This document shows, piece after piece, positions 20,841 to 31,278 of a stretch of DNA of 64,000 nt; the stretch's first letter is position 1, and every line of letters begins with the position of its first letter. The notes beneath the pieces were generated by a model. That model was not told the origin of the DNA, did no database searches, and was given only the letters and a program-made list of their open reading frames with translations. Made by a program: the position numbers and the translations under genes. Origin of the DNA: an uncultured cyanobacterium (GTDB taxonomy: Bacteria; Cyanobacteriota; Cyanobacteriia; Leptolyngbyales; Leptolyngbyaceae); NCBI GenBank assembly GCA_963766075.1, contig CAVYAN010000096.1, positions 1 to 64,000 of the forward strand, in the 5' to 3' direction.

Positions 20841-23534
20841 CTACTTTTCCGTCAAGGTCCAAGAGCCATCCCAATCCTCAACGGGAGGATTTTGCAGCCA
20901 GTATTGGCAGCGATCGAGGTGGAGCAGCGCCGCCTTATCCTTGTTGTCCACTTCTTCGACGATGAGGGCGAACTCGTTCATAGCTTTGCGGAATTGCCGA
21001 GTCAGGTAGAGTTCGCGTCCTTGCTGGTAAAACTCGATTTTGCGTCTCCAGGCGTCCGATAGCACTTCTGACTGGAGGCCAACCAGTTCATAGATGGCGA
21101 CGGGTCGGTTTTTGCCTTTGACTTTGATATAGTCCAGTTCGCGCGCCCAAATGCGATCGCGACAGGGTTGGAATGTCGTCTCACTAATGACGATATCAGT
21201 GCCATAAATCTTGCTGGCGCTTTCGAGGCGAGAGCCCAGGTTGACCCCGTCGCCAATGGCGGTAAACTCCATGCGCTTGCTGGAGCCAATATTGCCACTG
21301 ATCACCGTGTCGGAGTTAATGCCAATGCCAATGGCAATGGGGAGTTTGCCATTGGCCTCGCGGTTGGCGTTGAAGGCGGCAAGGCGGTGGCGCATTTCCA
21401 CGGCGGTTTGCAGGGCCATCCATTCATGATCATCCAAGGGCAAAGGCGAGCCGAATACGGCCATAATCGCATCGCCAATATACTTATCCAGCGTGCCTTT
21501 GTGGGTGAATACCGCATCGACCATGGTCTCAAAGTACTGGTTCAGCATCTCCACCACTTCTTCCGCCGCCAGGGTTTCGGTGAGGCTGGTATAGCTGCGA
21601 ATGTCAGAAAATAGCACGGAGACTTCTTTGCGATCGCCCCCCATTTTGGCGGCGTCGGGATTTTCCAACAACTGTTCCGCTAGCTCCTGGGTCATGTAGC
21701 GGTACATCGTGCTTTTTAACCGCTTTTCATCGCTGATATCTTCCATCACCACCAAAGCCCCCGACACCCGCGTGCTGTCATTGGCATCGGAAATGCTGTT
21801 GATCGAGAGGTTAATGCTATGGTGCTCTTCGCCGCGTGCGGGTTGAAGGGTTTGGTCGGGATAGTACTGCATGTCACGCCCCCGCAGCGCCGCCCCAAAC
21901 CAGCGGGCAAATTCGCCCGTTTCAATTTTGACGAGGTTGGCGACGGGCTGTCCTTCCAGGGGGGCACTTTCGTCCAGGCCCAGGAGCTTTTTGGCACTTT
22001 CGTTGGCAGCGATGATGTGACCGGATTTGTCGGTGGAAATCACCCCATTGCTGAGCGATCGCAAAATATCCCGCTGCATCTGCTCCTGCTGCTTCACCGT
22101 CTCAAACAGTTTGGCGTTCTGCAAGGCCACCCCTGCCTGAATGTTGAAGGCTTGCATGAATTCCTGATCGTTGCGATTAAAGCTGGCTTTCCAGCAGTCC
22201 GGGGCCTGGGGATAGTAGGTGGGATCATAGTCAGGATAGTCACCCTGCCGCCGCTTATTGACCAATTGAGTCACGCCAATTAAATCTTGATCGGCGTTGA
22301 AGACGGGCATACAGAGCATGCTACAGGTGCGATAGCCGGTTTTGCGATCGGTTTCCATGGCCGTTCCAGCATTGGGATCGTCATACAGATCAAAGGGAAT
22401 CAATAGGGGTTCCCCGGTCGTGGCGACCTGCCCTGCAAAGCCTGCACCCAGAGGAATGCGGATTTCCTGCAACTCGCCGCCAATGGGAATTTTGGTCCAG
22501 AGTTGGTCTTTGTCGCGATCGATCAGCCAGAGGGTGGAGCGATCGGCACTCATCAATTCCTTGGCTTCATCCATCACCCGCTTGAGGGTGTCTTCTAAGT
22601 TCAGGCTGCTTTGGCTGAGGGATTGGGTCGCCTTCATCAAGGCGGAGGCCGCGCGCTGCTGCTGGGTCGCTTTATAAAAGGAGCGCGAGGACTCAATAAT
22701 TAGGCGAATAGACGGGGCAAAGTCCTCAAACACCTGCTCGTCCTGGGGGGTAAAGCCGCCGAAGTCAATCTGGGCATCCAGGGGAGCAGTGCGATCGTGG
22801 TTAGGTTTGAGCTTATTAATCAATTGCACTACAGCGACGAGCTTGCCATCTTCATTGAGCAGCGGCATCGCCAGCATGGTGTAGGTACGGTAGTGATTGC
22901 GCTCGTCGAAGCGCTTGGCAGCATCCGAGCGGGGATCATCATAGAAATCGTAGGCAATGTTGACCACACGCTTGTGGGTGGCCACTTCCCCGGCAATCCC
23001 CACGTTGGCCGGAAAGCGCATTTCTAAATTATTGCCGCGTTCGTCCTTGGCGACAATGGACCAAAGCTCATTCTTTTCTTCGTCTAAAAGGAAGATGGTG
23101 GAGCGATCGGCGTTGAGCAGTTCCCCAGTTTTGAGGGTGATGGAGCGCAGCATTTCGTCCAGGATCGCGTCAAATCCTTGGGCATCCAGCAGGTTATCCA
23201 GCATGGAAAGGGTCTGATGCACCACGTGTAGGCGGTTTTCAACATCCTGGACGACTTGTTTAAAGGTCTCCTGGGTCAGGGGAGCCAGAAATTCGCCGAA
23301 GCTACCTTTGCGCTGCACCAGGGTGCCATTGGAACTATGCCGCATGGGGGTAGCAACCAAATCTGTCGGACCCGCAGGACTCGCCAAGGCCAGGGGAGCA
23401 GCCACGGCGATCGCGTCTACTTCTAACACTTCGGGGGGCATTACGTCTGAAGAAAGGACGGCGGCCATCGGCGGTTTTGCGGCTTCCATGATGGTACGGC
23501 TAAAGGGTGCGAACAGAGGCGATGCAATCGACAT
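20841..23534 (-). CDS. Class III adenylate cyclase, GAF-GAF-PAS-catalytic domain (CyaB2-like)
   Basis: Two GAF domains with long NK...F inserts, a PAS domain, then VLFSDIRSYT, DKYIGDAIMAVF, EFTAIGDGVNLGSRLE (K and T specificity residues typical of class IIIb ACs). Confidence 0.9.
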   Translation of the reverse strand: MSIASPLFAPFSRTIMEAAKPPMAAVLSSDVMPPEVLEVDAIAVAAPLALASPAGPTDLVATPMRHSSNGTLVQRKGSFGEFLAPLTQETFKQVVQDVENRLHVVHQTLSMLDNLLDAQGFDAILDEMLRSITLKTGELLNADRSTIFLLDEEKNELWSIVAKDERGNNLEMRFPANVGIAGEVATHKRVVNIAYDFYDDPRSDAAKRFDERNHYRTYTMLAMPLLNEDGKLVAVVQLINKLKPNHDRTAPLDAQIDFGGFTPQDEQVFEDFAPSIRLIIESSRSFYKATQQQRAASALMKATQSLSQSSLNLEDTLKRVMDEAKELMSADRSTLWLIDRDKDQLWTKIPIGGELQEIRIPLGAGFAGQVATTGEPLLIPFDLYDDPNAGTAMETDRKTGYRTCSMLCMPVFNADQDLIGVTQLVNKRRQGDYPDYDPTYYPQAPDCWKASFNRNDQEFMQAFNIQAGVALQNAKLFETVKQQEQMQRDILRSLSNGVISTDKSGHIIAANESAKKLLGLDESAPLEGQPVANLVKIETGEFARWFGAALRGRDMQYYPDQTLQPARGEEHHSINLSINSISDANDSTRVSGALVVMEDISDEKRLKSTMYRYMTQELAEQLLENPDAAKMGGDRKEVSVLFSDIRSYTSLTETLAAEEVVEMLNQYFETMVDAVFTHKGTLDKYIGDAIMAVFGSPLPLDDHEWMALQTAVEMRHRLAAFNANREANGKLPIAIGIGINSDTVISGNIGSSKRMEFTAIGDGVNLGSRLESASKIYGTDIVISETTFQPCRDRIWARELDYIKVKGKNRPVAIYELVGLQSEVLSDAWRRKIEFYQQGRELYLTRQFRKAMNEFALIVEEVDNKDKAALLHLDRCQYWLQNPPVEDWDGSWTLTEK

Positions 23535-23982
23535 AGTAGCGAAACAATCCGGGGGCGGGGCACGCCTATCTTCATGATTCTGACACTGGAATCCGGAAAA
23601 AGTATGTACCCGTTTCTACGGTTAGTTCCGGGGTCACTCACCTCTCAGCTTCAGTATTCCCACGGCGATTGGAAACTCCCTGTGGGGGAAGCGGATGTTT
23701 CCCGATAAAGGTCAGATAAAGGATATCAAGGACAGGCACAGACCTCAAAGTCCAAACTAAAACACCTTGGGGATCGCAGAATGGGATGGACCGACTCTCC
23801 GATTCCGCCGGAGATAAATTGTCAAGATTTCCTGACTTTACAAAGCCTTACAGATTCGGGGGAAAATGAACATCAAGGGGTGAGCAATGCCCACCCCTTG
23901 ATCTATCGTGCTATTTGGTGTCCGTCCCGTTGGGCTATGGGAAATAATCCGGACCTCAAGCCACGGACTCGCCGGTCAGAAC

Positions 23983-25875
23983 TTAGGCCGTAATCGAAAC
24001 CGGACGATTGCTGAACAGTTTCAGGATGCGATCGGCCATTTGGGGAGGCGTTAAGCCCAGATCGGCTTTGGACTCCTCAGCCGTGGCGTGATCAACCAAA
24101 ATATCGGGGACGCCAATGCGGGTAACGGGCACGGTGATCTCGGCATCCATAAATGCCTCCAGCACAGCGGAACCAAAGCCACCAGGCAGACAGCCCTCCT
24201 CTAGGGTAACCACCCGACCAATGGTTTGCGCTAGGGGCAGAATCAACTCGGTGTCTAGGGGCTTGGCAAAGCGAGCATTGACAACGGTGGCATCAATGCC
24301 ATGCTCGCTGAGGATCTCCGCAGTTTGCATGGCGGGATAGACCATAGAGCCATAGGCAAGCAGCAGAATATCGTCGCCATGGCGCAGGATTTCGCCTTTG
24401 CCAATGGGCAGGGGTTCCCAGCCTTCTTCCATCAGAGGCACGCCGTAGCCGTTGCCACGGGGGTAGCGGAGGGCGATGGGGCCGTCTAGGTGGTTAATCC
24501 CCGTGACAATCATCCGTTGGAGTTCGGCTTCGTCCTTGGGAGCCATCATCACCATGTTGGGAATGCAGCGCAGGTAGGCGATGTCATACATGCCTTGGTG
24601 AGTGGGACCGTCCGATCCCACAATGCCCGCCCGATCCATACAGAAGAAGACGGGTAGTTTTTGAATGCACACGTCATGGACGATTTGGTCAAAGGCCCGT
24701 TGCAGGAAGGTGGAATAAATCGTCACGACCGGACGGATGCCTTCGCAGGCTAACCCAGCGGCTAGGGTAACGGCGTGCTGCTCAGCAATGCCGACATCCA
24801 TATATTGATTAGGCAATCGCTTTTGGAGAATATCCAGTCCGGTGCCCGTAGCCATAGCGGCGGTAATGCCGATGATGTTGGGATTATTTTCAGCCAAAGT
24901 GGTCAGGGTTTCACCAAAGACTTTGGAATAACCGGGGGGCTTGGGTTTATTGGACGGGACGGCCTTGCCCGTGGCCAGGTTGAATGGGGTTTGGGCATGG
25001 TAGCCGACCTGATCCTTTTCGGCGACTTCGTAGCCTTTGCCTTTGGTAGTGGCAACGTGGACGAGGACAGGCCCAGTGTGCTGGTGGGCGGCTTTGAAGG
25101 TGGCCACCAGTTCTTCCAGGTTGTGCCCGTCGATCGGGCCAATGTAGGTGAAGCCAAGTTCTTCAAAGACAGCCCCTACCTTGGGGACGGCGAGGCGCTT
25201 CATGCCTTCCTTGACCCGACCAAGTTCGGGGCCGAGGGGCAGATTTTTGATTTGCTCTTCGAGGTTGCCGGAAAGGAATTGGACCGGGGGACTGAGCCGC
25301 AATTTATTGAGGTAGCGAGGAATGGCTCCAACGTTAGGGGAGATGGACATTTCGTTGTCGTTCAGGACAACCATGAGGTTGGTTTTGGGCAGGTGTCCCG
25401 CATGATTGATGGCCTCGAGGGCCATGCCGCCCGTCAGCGCCCCATCACCAATAACAGCGACGACCTTGTAGTTGTCGCCTTGGATGTCGCGGGCCATGGC
25501 CATGCCGAGGGCAGCGGAGATACTGGTAGAGGCGTGGCCTGCCCCAAAGTGGTCAAATTTGCTTTCACAGCGTTTGAGGTAACCGGCAATGCCGTCTTTT
25601 TGGCGCAGGGTGTGGAAGCTGTGGTATCGCCCGGTGAGCAGTTTGTGGGGATAAGCTTGGTGCCCGACATCCCAAGTGACTTTGTCGCGATCGAGATTTA
25701 GGGTCTGGTAGAGCGCTAGGGTCAGTTCCACAACACCTAAACCGGGTCCTAGATGACCACCACTGGTTGCAACAGTTTGTAAATGTTTCTCACGAATTTG
25801 GCGGGCGATTTGTTGCAGTTGGTAGATAGACAATCCGTGCAACTGGTTTGGGTGTGTGATTTCACTCAGGTGCAT
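23983..25875 (-). CDS. dxs: 1-deoxy-D-xylulose-5-phosphate synthase
   Basis: [51 protein letters not shown]. Confidence 0.97.
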   Translation of the reverse strand: MHLSEITHPNQLHGLSIYQLQQIARQIREKHLQTVATSGGHLGPGLGVVELTLALYQTLNLDRDKVTWDVGHQAYPHKLLTGRYHSFHTLRQKDGIAGYLKRCESKFDHFGAGHASTSISAALGMAMARDIQGDNYKVVAVIGDGALTGGMALEAINHAGHLPKTNLMVVLNDNEMSISPNVGAIPRYLNKLRLSPPVQFLSGNLEEQIKNLPLGPELGRVKEGMKRLAVPKVGAVFEELGFTYIGPIDGHNLEELVATFKAAHQHTGPVLVHVATTKGKGYEVAEKDQVGYHAQTPFNLATGKAVPSNKPKPPGYSKVFGETLTTLAENNPNIIGITAAMATGTGLDILQKRLPNQYMDVGIAEQHAVTLAAGLACEGIRPVVTIYSTFLQRAFDQIVHDVCIQKLPVFFCMDRAGIVGSDGPTHQGMYDIAYLRCIPNMVMMAPKDEAELQRMIVTGINHLDGPIALRYPRGNGYGVPLMEEGWEPLPIGKGEILRHGDDILLLAYGSMVYPAMQTAEILSEHGIDATVVNARFAKPLDTELILPLAQTIGRVVTLEEGCLPGGFGSAVLEAFMDAEITVPVTRIGVPDILVDHATAEESKADLGLTPPQMADRILKLFSNRPVSITA

Positions 25876-26149
25876 ACCAGGAATCCTCGTAAATCGTATG
25901 AATTAATAGTCTGCTATACCTTTCCACTCTAGTGGATTCCAGGTCGCGTATTTCGGTAAAGTATCATGCAAATTTTTTGCGAAATGTAATAAGGATTTCA
26001 TATTTTCTGAGAGACCGCCCGTCTGGATGGCAAGGCAGGCACATTAGCGGAAAGGGGGGGCGGGGAATTCGCTGTGTGCTTTGGGCGGGATGCTTATATC
26101 CTGGTTAGTGCAGAGGTCCATGAATGATCATGATGGGAGATAGGAAACA

Positions 26150-26731
26150 ATGATGATTACTAAGATTTCTGGAGTTTCTGGACAAAGGACGCGGGGGTGG
26201 AGCCGTTCCCTGAGTTCCGGTTTGGGAGGACTGAGCGTAGTGGCGGCGTTGGTCATGGCGGGAGTGCCGATGGGGGGAGCGATCGCCGCCAATGATTACG
26301 AGCGCTGCGCTGCGGATCTGGTCGGTTTAAAAGTGACCTCAGAAGAGGCGGCCAGTGCCTGTGCCAAGGCATTACATCCGAAAGAGATTGCCACCTGTGT
26401 AGGGACTGTAGCAGGACAGGGGGTGGCGATCGCCGAGGCCCTATCATCTTGCAATCAGGTACGCCGTCCGGTGGACTTGGGCAACTGTGTCACGGACATT
26501 CGCGGCAAAGTTAGCGGCACGGTGGCCAAAGATGTCCTCGGCAACTGCCAGCGCAGCCTCTTGCCCAACCAGTATGCAAGCTGTGTGGTGGGTGTAAATA
26601 CCGCCGCCAAGTTGCCCGCCATGAAGGCCATGGATACCTGTATTGATGCGGGCTACTATCCCAAGGAACTGCATGAAACCTTCATTCCTAATCCGGCAGA
26701 GGGCAGTCCGGCGGCTAGTCCTATGCCCTAG
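26150..26731 (+). CDS. Conserved cyanobacterial secreted Cys-rich helical-repeat protein
   Basis: Signal peptide followed by repeating C-x5-P-x4-C-V units. Confidence 0.7.
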   Translation: MMITKISGVSGQRTRGWSRSLSSGLGGLSVVAALVMAGVPMGGAIAANDYERCAADLVGLKVTSEEAASACAKALHPKEIATCVGTVAGQGVAIAEALSSCNQVRRPVDLGNCVTDIRGKVSGTVAKDVLGNCQRSLLPNQYASCVVGVNTAAKLPAMKAMDTCIDAGYYPKELHETFIPNPAEGSPAASPMP

Positions 26732-26744
26732 GAATGATTGAATT

Positions 26745-26787
26745 TTAGAGTTTGGATTTTAGATTTCATCTAAAATCCAAACTCTAA
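26745..26787. terminator. Perfect 20-bp-stem hairpin built from STRR-like units, between convergent genes
   Basis: TTAGAGTTTGGATTTTAGAT-TTC-ATCTAAAATCCAAACTCTAA. Confidence 0.75.
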
Positions 26788-26795
26788 GCCGGACT

Positions 26796-28292
26796 TCACT
26801 CGTTCATATTTTTGTAGGTAGCGACGGCTGAAGGAGAAATGCGGTTGAGGTAACGGAAAATCCAGTATTTGAAAATGGTGTCTAGAATCACCGGAAAGGT
26901 GGCAATAAAGATGCCATTAAAGTTGTGGTTTGACGGAATACCCAAATGGCCGCAGATGCTTTCTAGAAGGACTTCCCAGCCGTGGGGCGAGTGGAATCCT
27001 ACAAATATGTCGGTGAATAGGATAATAATGAAGGCTTTGGCGCTGTCGCTAAGCCCGTAGACGCGCTCATCGATAAAAGATTTGAGAACATTAAAGTCTT
27101 GCCGACGCGATACGATGAATCCCCCAAACGTGAGGAATCCGAATAGGTCGGAAAAGATATTTTTAACGGCATCGGAGCTGCGGTGACTGTACTCTTCAGC
27201 TAACTCTTGGGCTTTTTCTTTGAGGCGTTCTTCTAGGGATAGGGGTGCGCCTTCCGCAGCTTTCTCAGCAGATCCTTCCCCAGCTTCCTTAGCGCCTGAA
27301 CGGCTTTCAGGACGGCCTTCGGAACGCCCCTCAGGGGCAGTGCTGGACTCGGCCTTGGCGGTGGGAGCCGATTCTGGTTTGGGCGCGTTGCGGGCCGGAG
27401 CATTGAGGACAGGAACCTCCAAGCGGCCAATTAAGTTTTCAAATCGGAGTTGCTCCTCAAATAAGCTGAGTTCTCGCAGGGCTTCTTCCCGTAGTTCCGC
27501 ATTCAGAAAAATCTGGGCGCGATCGGGATGGCGAAAGTGATCGACAATAGGACCAACCAGCAGAGGTTTAGAAACCTGTTGCGCCAGTAGTGGCAGGGCG
27601 ATCATGAGGAGCAAAAATCGGATGGCAACCCGAGTTTTGGTTTGGGTACTGCGAAAGCTTTGGACAACCTTCTGCTCAGAGGTCGGATCCAGTTCTTGCT
27701 TGATCCGATTGAGGCTGGTGGTGATCGATCGCGGCAGGACCCCCGTGCGATCGAGAAATCCGTCGTTTTGATCATTGAAATCTTCGGCATACCAGTCCGG
27801 GGCTTTACCACCACCATCCGTAGTTCTCGCGATGGCCTGGGCAGTGGAGCCATTGGCAGGCACCGGGACCAAAGCCAGGGAATTGGCCGCCCCCGGTTTG
27901 TAGCGGGCTAGAATTTCGTCGATGAAGTTTAATTTCTCCAGGACAACGGCATTTTGATCGAAATCTTCGGCGGCTTGAGTGGCAATCTTGAGGCTACGTT
28001 TGGCCGAATTTGTAGAATTAACGATGGAGCGACTGGCTTTGAATTCTTTGAGGCGAACATCTAGGGCTTGCAGGTAGTTATTCAGATCCGTCTGAATCAA
28101 GGCAAAGGCGGTTTGGCTGTATTTCCCTGCCGAGTTAGTAATCGGATTGCCGTCGAAATGCTGATTTTCGAGGGCCTTGATCTTCAAGGCGGCATTGTAG
28201 GCTTGATCTAGGGCGCGCTCAGGGGTGTTGTTTAGCCAGAGATCGAATTTGCGCAGGGCGCGACCAAAGTTTGCCATAAAGGAAATTGCCAT
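26796..28292 (-). CDS. pxcA: Proton extrusion protein PxcA (CemA family); start uncertain
   Basis: TPERALDQAY; GLSDSAKAFIIILFTDIFVGFHSPHGWE; FKYWIFRYLNRISPSAVATYKNMNE. Confidence 0.93.
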   Translation of the reverse strand: MAISFMANFGRALRKFDLWLNNTPERALDQAYNAALKIKALENQHFDGNPITNSAGKYSQTAFALIQTDLNNYLQALDVRLKEFKASRSIVNSTNSAKRSLKIATQAAEDFDQNAVVLEKLNFIDEILARYKPGAANSLALVPVPANGSTAQAIARTTDGGGKAPDWYAEDFNDQNDGFLDRTGVLPRSITTSLNRIKQELDPTSEQKVVQSFRSTQTKTRVAIRFLLLMIALPLLAQQVSKPLLVGPIVDHFRHPDRAQIFLNAELREEALRELSLFEEQLRFENLIGRLEVPVLNAPARNAPKPESAPTAKAESSTAPEGRSEGRPESRSGAKEAGEGSAEKAAEGAPLSLEERLKEKAQELAEEYSHRSSDAVKNIFSDLFGFLTFGGFIVSRRQDFNVLKSFIDERVYGLSDSAKAFIIILFTDIFVGFHSPHGWEVLLESICGHLGIPSNHNFNGIFIATFPVILDTIFKYWIFRYLNRISPSAVATYKNMNE

Positions 28293-28428
28293 GACACAAA
28301 CTGATGAAGACGTAGGGGAAGACCCGATGGCGCTGAGCAGTTTTCCGCCCAACCTCCCGCAAAGTAAAGTTATTTTAGAACAGCCGATTTTGAATGCTAA
28401 GCAATCTTAATAAATTCATTACGCATCC

Positions 28429-30564
28429 GTGCTAAATTCATCACCGATCTGGGTTCAGGGAAGTACGCGCAGTGGCAAGACAGCGCGGGCCGTGGAGTGG
28501 TTTAGCGCTTGGACACTCGCGGAGGCGGCAAATCGAGCCAATCCATCCCTACCCCAGGGAGGAGCGCTGGTGTTGGCGGCCATTGGAGATGGTCGCATTG
28601 AGTTGAGCGATCGCCTCGCCCAGGCCACGCAGGGCCACTATCCCTTTGATGTCACCACGCCCTTGGGCTTCTTTCACGATGAGGTGCTGCTGTTCTGGTC
28701 ACTGCTGATTCAGGAATTGGATCTGAAGGCCCAGTTTCCGCTGCGACTGGCCCCAGAAACCGAACAGGAATTGGCGACCCAAGTGTGGCGGGAGGATCTA
28801 GACCGAGTGATGGCCGAACAACCCGGCGTGGTGGAATCGCGCCTAGTGCGGCGGGTTTTAGACGTGTTGCAATTGGCCATGCTGGCTGGGGTCCCGATGG
28901 GGGACATTCCGACGATTTTGGCCCAGGGCTTGGCGGGGCCATCGGCGGAGTTGCCCCTGCCGTTTGAACGCGTGGGAGAAATGCTGGCGGGCTGGCAAGC
29001 CTGGTGCCTGGAGCGGGGCCTGCTAACCTATAGCCTGATTGCAGGGCTGTATTGGCAGCACTTATTGCCCCATCCGCTGTATCAGGAGCAGTTAATGCGG
29101 CGATATCGGGTGCTGGTGGCAGATGATGTGGATGAGTATCCGGCGATCGCCCGACGCCTGTTTGATCTGCTGCTGGACGCAGGCACTGCGGCCATTTTTA
29201 CCTATAACCCTGATGGGGCCGTGCGTCTGGGCCTGGGGGCGGATCCTGAAGCGATGATTGCCTTGGTCGATCGCTGCCAAAGCGAGCACTTGCCCGATCC
29301 CGTGAGTCCCTTTCTGGGCAACACTTCGCCCGCATCGCTGGTCCAGTTCATCCTCGATCCGCTGACCTTGCCCCAGGTGCCCGCGGCCTTTCGGGTGATC
29401 CAAACTACATCCCGATCGCAATTGCTGCGCCAGACCACCGATGTGCTGATCGCAGCGGTCCAAGCCGGTGAGATTGCCCCGCGTGATATCGCGATTATTG
29501 GTCCGGGGCTGGATGCGATCGCCCGCTACAGCCTGATTGAAATCCTGACCAAGCAGAACATCCCGGTGGAATCCCTCAACGACCAGCGTCCCCTCAACAG
29601 CATCCCGATTATCCGCGCCCTATTGACCTTACTGACCTTGGTCTATCCCGGCTTGGGACGGCTGTGCGATCGCGATGCCGTGGCTGAAATGCTGGTGCTG
29701 CTGTCGGGGCCTTCGGGTGGGTCATCCCCCGGAGCGCCCCAGTTCACGATCGACCCCGTGCGCGCCGGACTCCTGGCAGACCACTGCTTCGTCCCCCACC
29801 CCGATCGCCCACGCCTACTGCCGGTGACTACCTTTCCCCGCTGGGATCGCCTGGGTTACCAAACCGCCGGGGCCTACGAAGATCTGCTGCAATGGATTGC
29901 CCTCCAGCAGACCCAACTGGAGCAGCGGTTGATTCCCAACGCGATCGCCCTCCTGGATCGATCGATTCAGCATTTTCTGGGCGGCGGCAGCACCTTGCCC
30001 TTTGACCAACTGGCCGCCCTGCGGCAACTGATGGAAACCGCCCAGCACTATTGGGAAGTCCACAGTCGCCTAGAACGCGGTCCCAAGTATGGCCCCCAGG
30101 GAGAAATCCCCGCCTTTGTCACCGTGGGGCGTTTGATTCGTCTGCTGCGCAATGGCACCGTCACGGCCAACCCCTATCCTGTCCGCCCCATTGGCCCTGC
30201 GGGAAATGCGGTCACCTTGGCCACGGTGTTCCAGTACCGTTCCAGTCGGCGATTTCACCGCTGGCAGTTTTGGCTAGATGCAGGCTCTGCCCGGTGGCTG
30301 ATGGGGGTAGACGCGCTGTTTGCTGCACCGCTGTTTCTCCAAAGCTGGTCGGGACGCACCTGGACCGCTGCCGACACTCTGGATGCCAACGAGCACCGTC
30401 TACGCCGAATTTTGATCGATCTGCTGGGCCGCACGGGGGAACGTGTCTATTTATGCCACAGCGACTTGGCTACGGGCGGACAGGAGCAAACCGGGGTGCT
30501 CTTGTCCCTGGTTAATGCTGTTGAGCCTGAAACCACTTCGATAACATCTAACAATGCTCAATGA
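28429..30564 (+). CDS. Conserved cyanobacterial protein with degenerate SF1 helicase-like P-loop fold
   Basis: GSTRSGKT Walker A-like and LVADDVDEYP Walker B-like motifs; long ORF. Confidence 0.6.
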   Translation: MLNSSPIWVQGSTRSGKTARAVEWFSAWTLAEAANRANPSLPQGGALVLAAIGDGRIELSDRLAQATQGHYPFDVTTPLGFFHDEVLLFWSLLIQELDLKAQFPLRLAPETEQELATQVWREDLDRVMAEQPGVVESRLVRRVLDVLQLAMLAGVPMGDIPTILAQGLAGPSAELPLPFERVGEMLAGWQAWCLERGLLTYSLIAGLYWQHLLPHPLYQEQLMRRYRVLVADDVDEYPAIARRLFDLLLDAGTAAIFTYNPDGAVRLGLGADPEAMIALVDRCQSEHLPDPVSPFLGNTSPASLVQFILDPLTLPQVPAAFRVIQTTSRSQLLRQTTDVLIAAVQAGEIAPRDIAIIGPGLDAIARYSLIEILTKQNIPVESLNDQRPLNSIPIIRALLTLLTLVYPGLGRLCDRDAVAEMLVLLSGPSGGSSPGAPQFTIDPVRAGLLADHCFVPHPDRPRLLPVTTFPRWDRLGYQTAGAYEDLLQWIALQQTQLEQRLIPNAIALLDRSIQHFLGGGSTLPFDQLAALRQLMETAQHYWEVHSRLERGPKYGPQGEIPAFVTVGRLIRLLRNGTVTANPYPVRPIGPAGNAVTLATVFQYRSSRRFHRWQFWLDAGSARWLMGVDALFAAPLFLQSWSGRTWTAADTLDANEHRLRRILIDLLGRTGERVYLCHSDLATGGQEQTGVLLSLVNAVEPETTSITSNNAQ

Positions 30565-30572
30565 CGTCTAAA

Positions 30573-30824
30573 GCGCCCTGAGCGGAGTCGAAGGGCGCAT
30601 ACTGGCTGCGACTCCAAACAAACCCCCTGCTGGCTTCGGCTCAGCTCAGCCAGCGGGAGCCGAAGCCAGCGGGAGGATTGTTTGGGAAAAACTCTTTCTA
30701 GATCTGAATTGCTGGCATACGCGGGCTGAGCGGAATCACGCAGATTGAGTGAAATTACGCAGATTGAGCAAGATCATGCGAACTGAGAAGAGTCACGCGG
30801 GCTTCGACTTCGCTCAGCCCGCGT
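30573..30824. repeat. Cluster of REP-like hairpins and a 19-bp tandem array
   Basis: GCGCCC-TGAGCGGAGTCGAA-GGGCGC; long hairpin 30614-30685; 19-bp units at 30719, 30738, 30757, 30776; closing ACGCGGGC-TTCGACTTCGCTCA-GCCCGCGT. Confidence 0.8.
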
Positions 30825-30831
30825 CAGATTA

Positions 30832-31023
30832 GGGACTTCCAAGGAAATAAACATCCCACGTCACGACTCAGCGATCGCGCTAGGTGGGCTGAGAGGGCAG
30901 AGTTTGACCCACCCCGCCCTACGGGCACCCCTCCTGGGAGGGGATTTTCGGACCAATTCCGCTCCTGGGAGGGGTCAGGGGTGGGTCGGCCCCTATGGGC
31001 ACTATTTATTTCTTGGAAGTCCC
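30832..31023. mobile_element. 192-bp MITE-like element with terminal inverted repeats and TTA target-site duplication
   Basis: TTA|GGGACTTCCAAGGAAATAAA ... TTTATTTCTTGGAAGTCCC|TTA; no credible gene inside; internal hairpin ACCCACCCC...GGGGTGGGT. Confidence 0.8.
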
Positions 31024-31062
31024 TTACCCCCTATCCGTAGAATCTGCTTTTTGCGGCACTTC

Positions 31063-31234
31063 TGTTTGATTTGGCAATTCTGTTTGATTTTTTGTTTGAT
31101 TTAATTTCAGCTTTAATTTCAGCCCGTGCGCCATTCCGGCCAATTCTTTAGATTTTGTATGATTTCACCGACGTGAAAAGCTGTACCATAGAAAAGTGAG
31201 CAAAATGTTTGATTTTTACAAAATTTCTTGATTT
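31063..31234. promoter_or_regulatory. Array of TGTTTGATTT boxes upstream of the HTH-NACHT gene
   Basis: Exact copies at 31063, 31081, 31093, 31206; variants at 31156 (TGTATGATTT) and 31225 (TTCTTGATTT). Confidence 0.6.
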
Positions 31235-31278
31235 TTTACAAAATTTTGAGTTTCGAGTCTTAATATGAGCGTTTTAAT

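Noticed and set aside
24775..25701. 308-aa + strand ORF, and other long antisense ORFs such as 47582-48391, 54044-54754, 59135-59818
   Set aside because: Shadow ORFs opposite well-supported genes (dxs, amidase, GHL10, gatB), with no recognisable motifs.
30719..30824. Possible mini CRISPR array
   Set aside because: The 19-bp units abut directly with no unique spacers, are degenerate, and no cas genes occur in the window.
30904..31104. 66-aa ORF
   Set aside because: Runs through the MITE hairpin, TIR and operator-like repeats; not credible as a gene.
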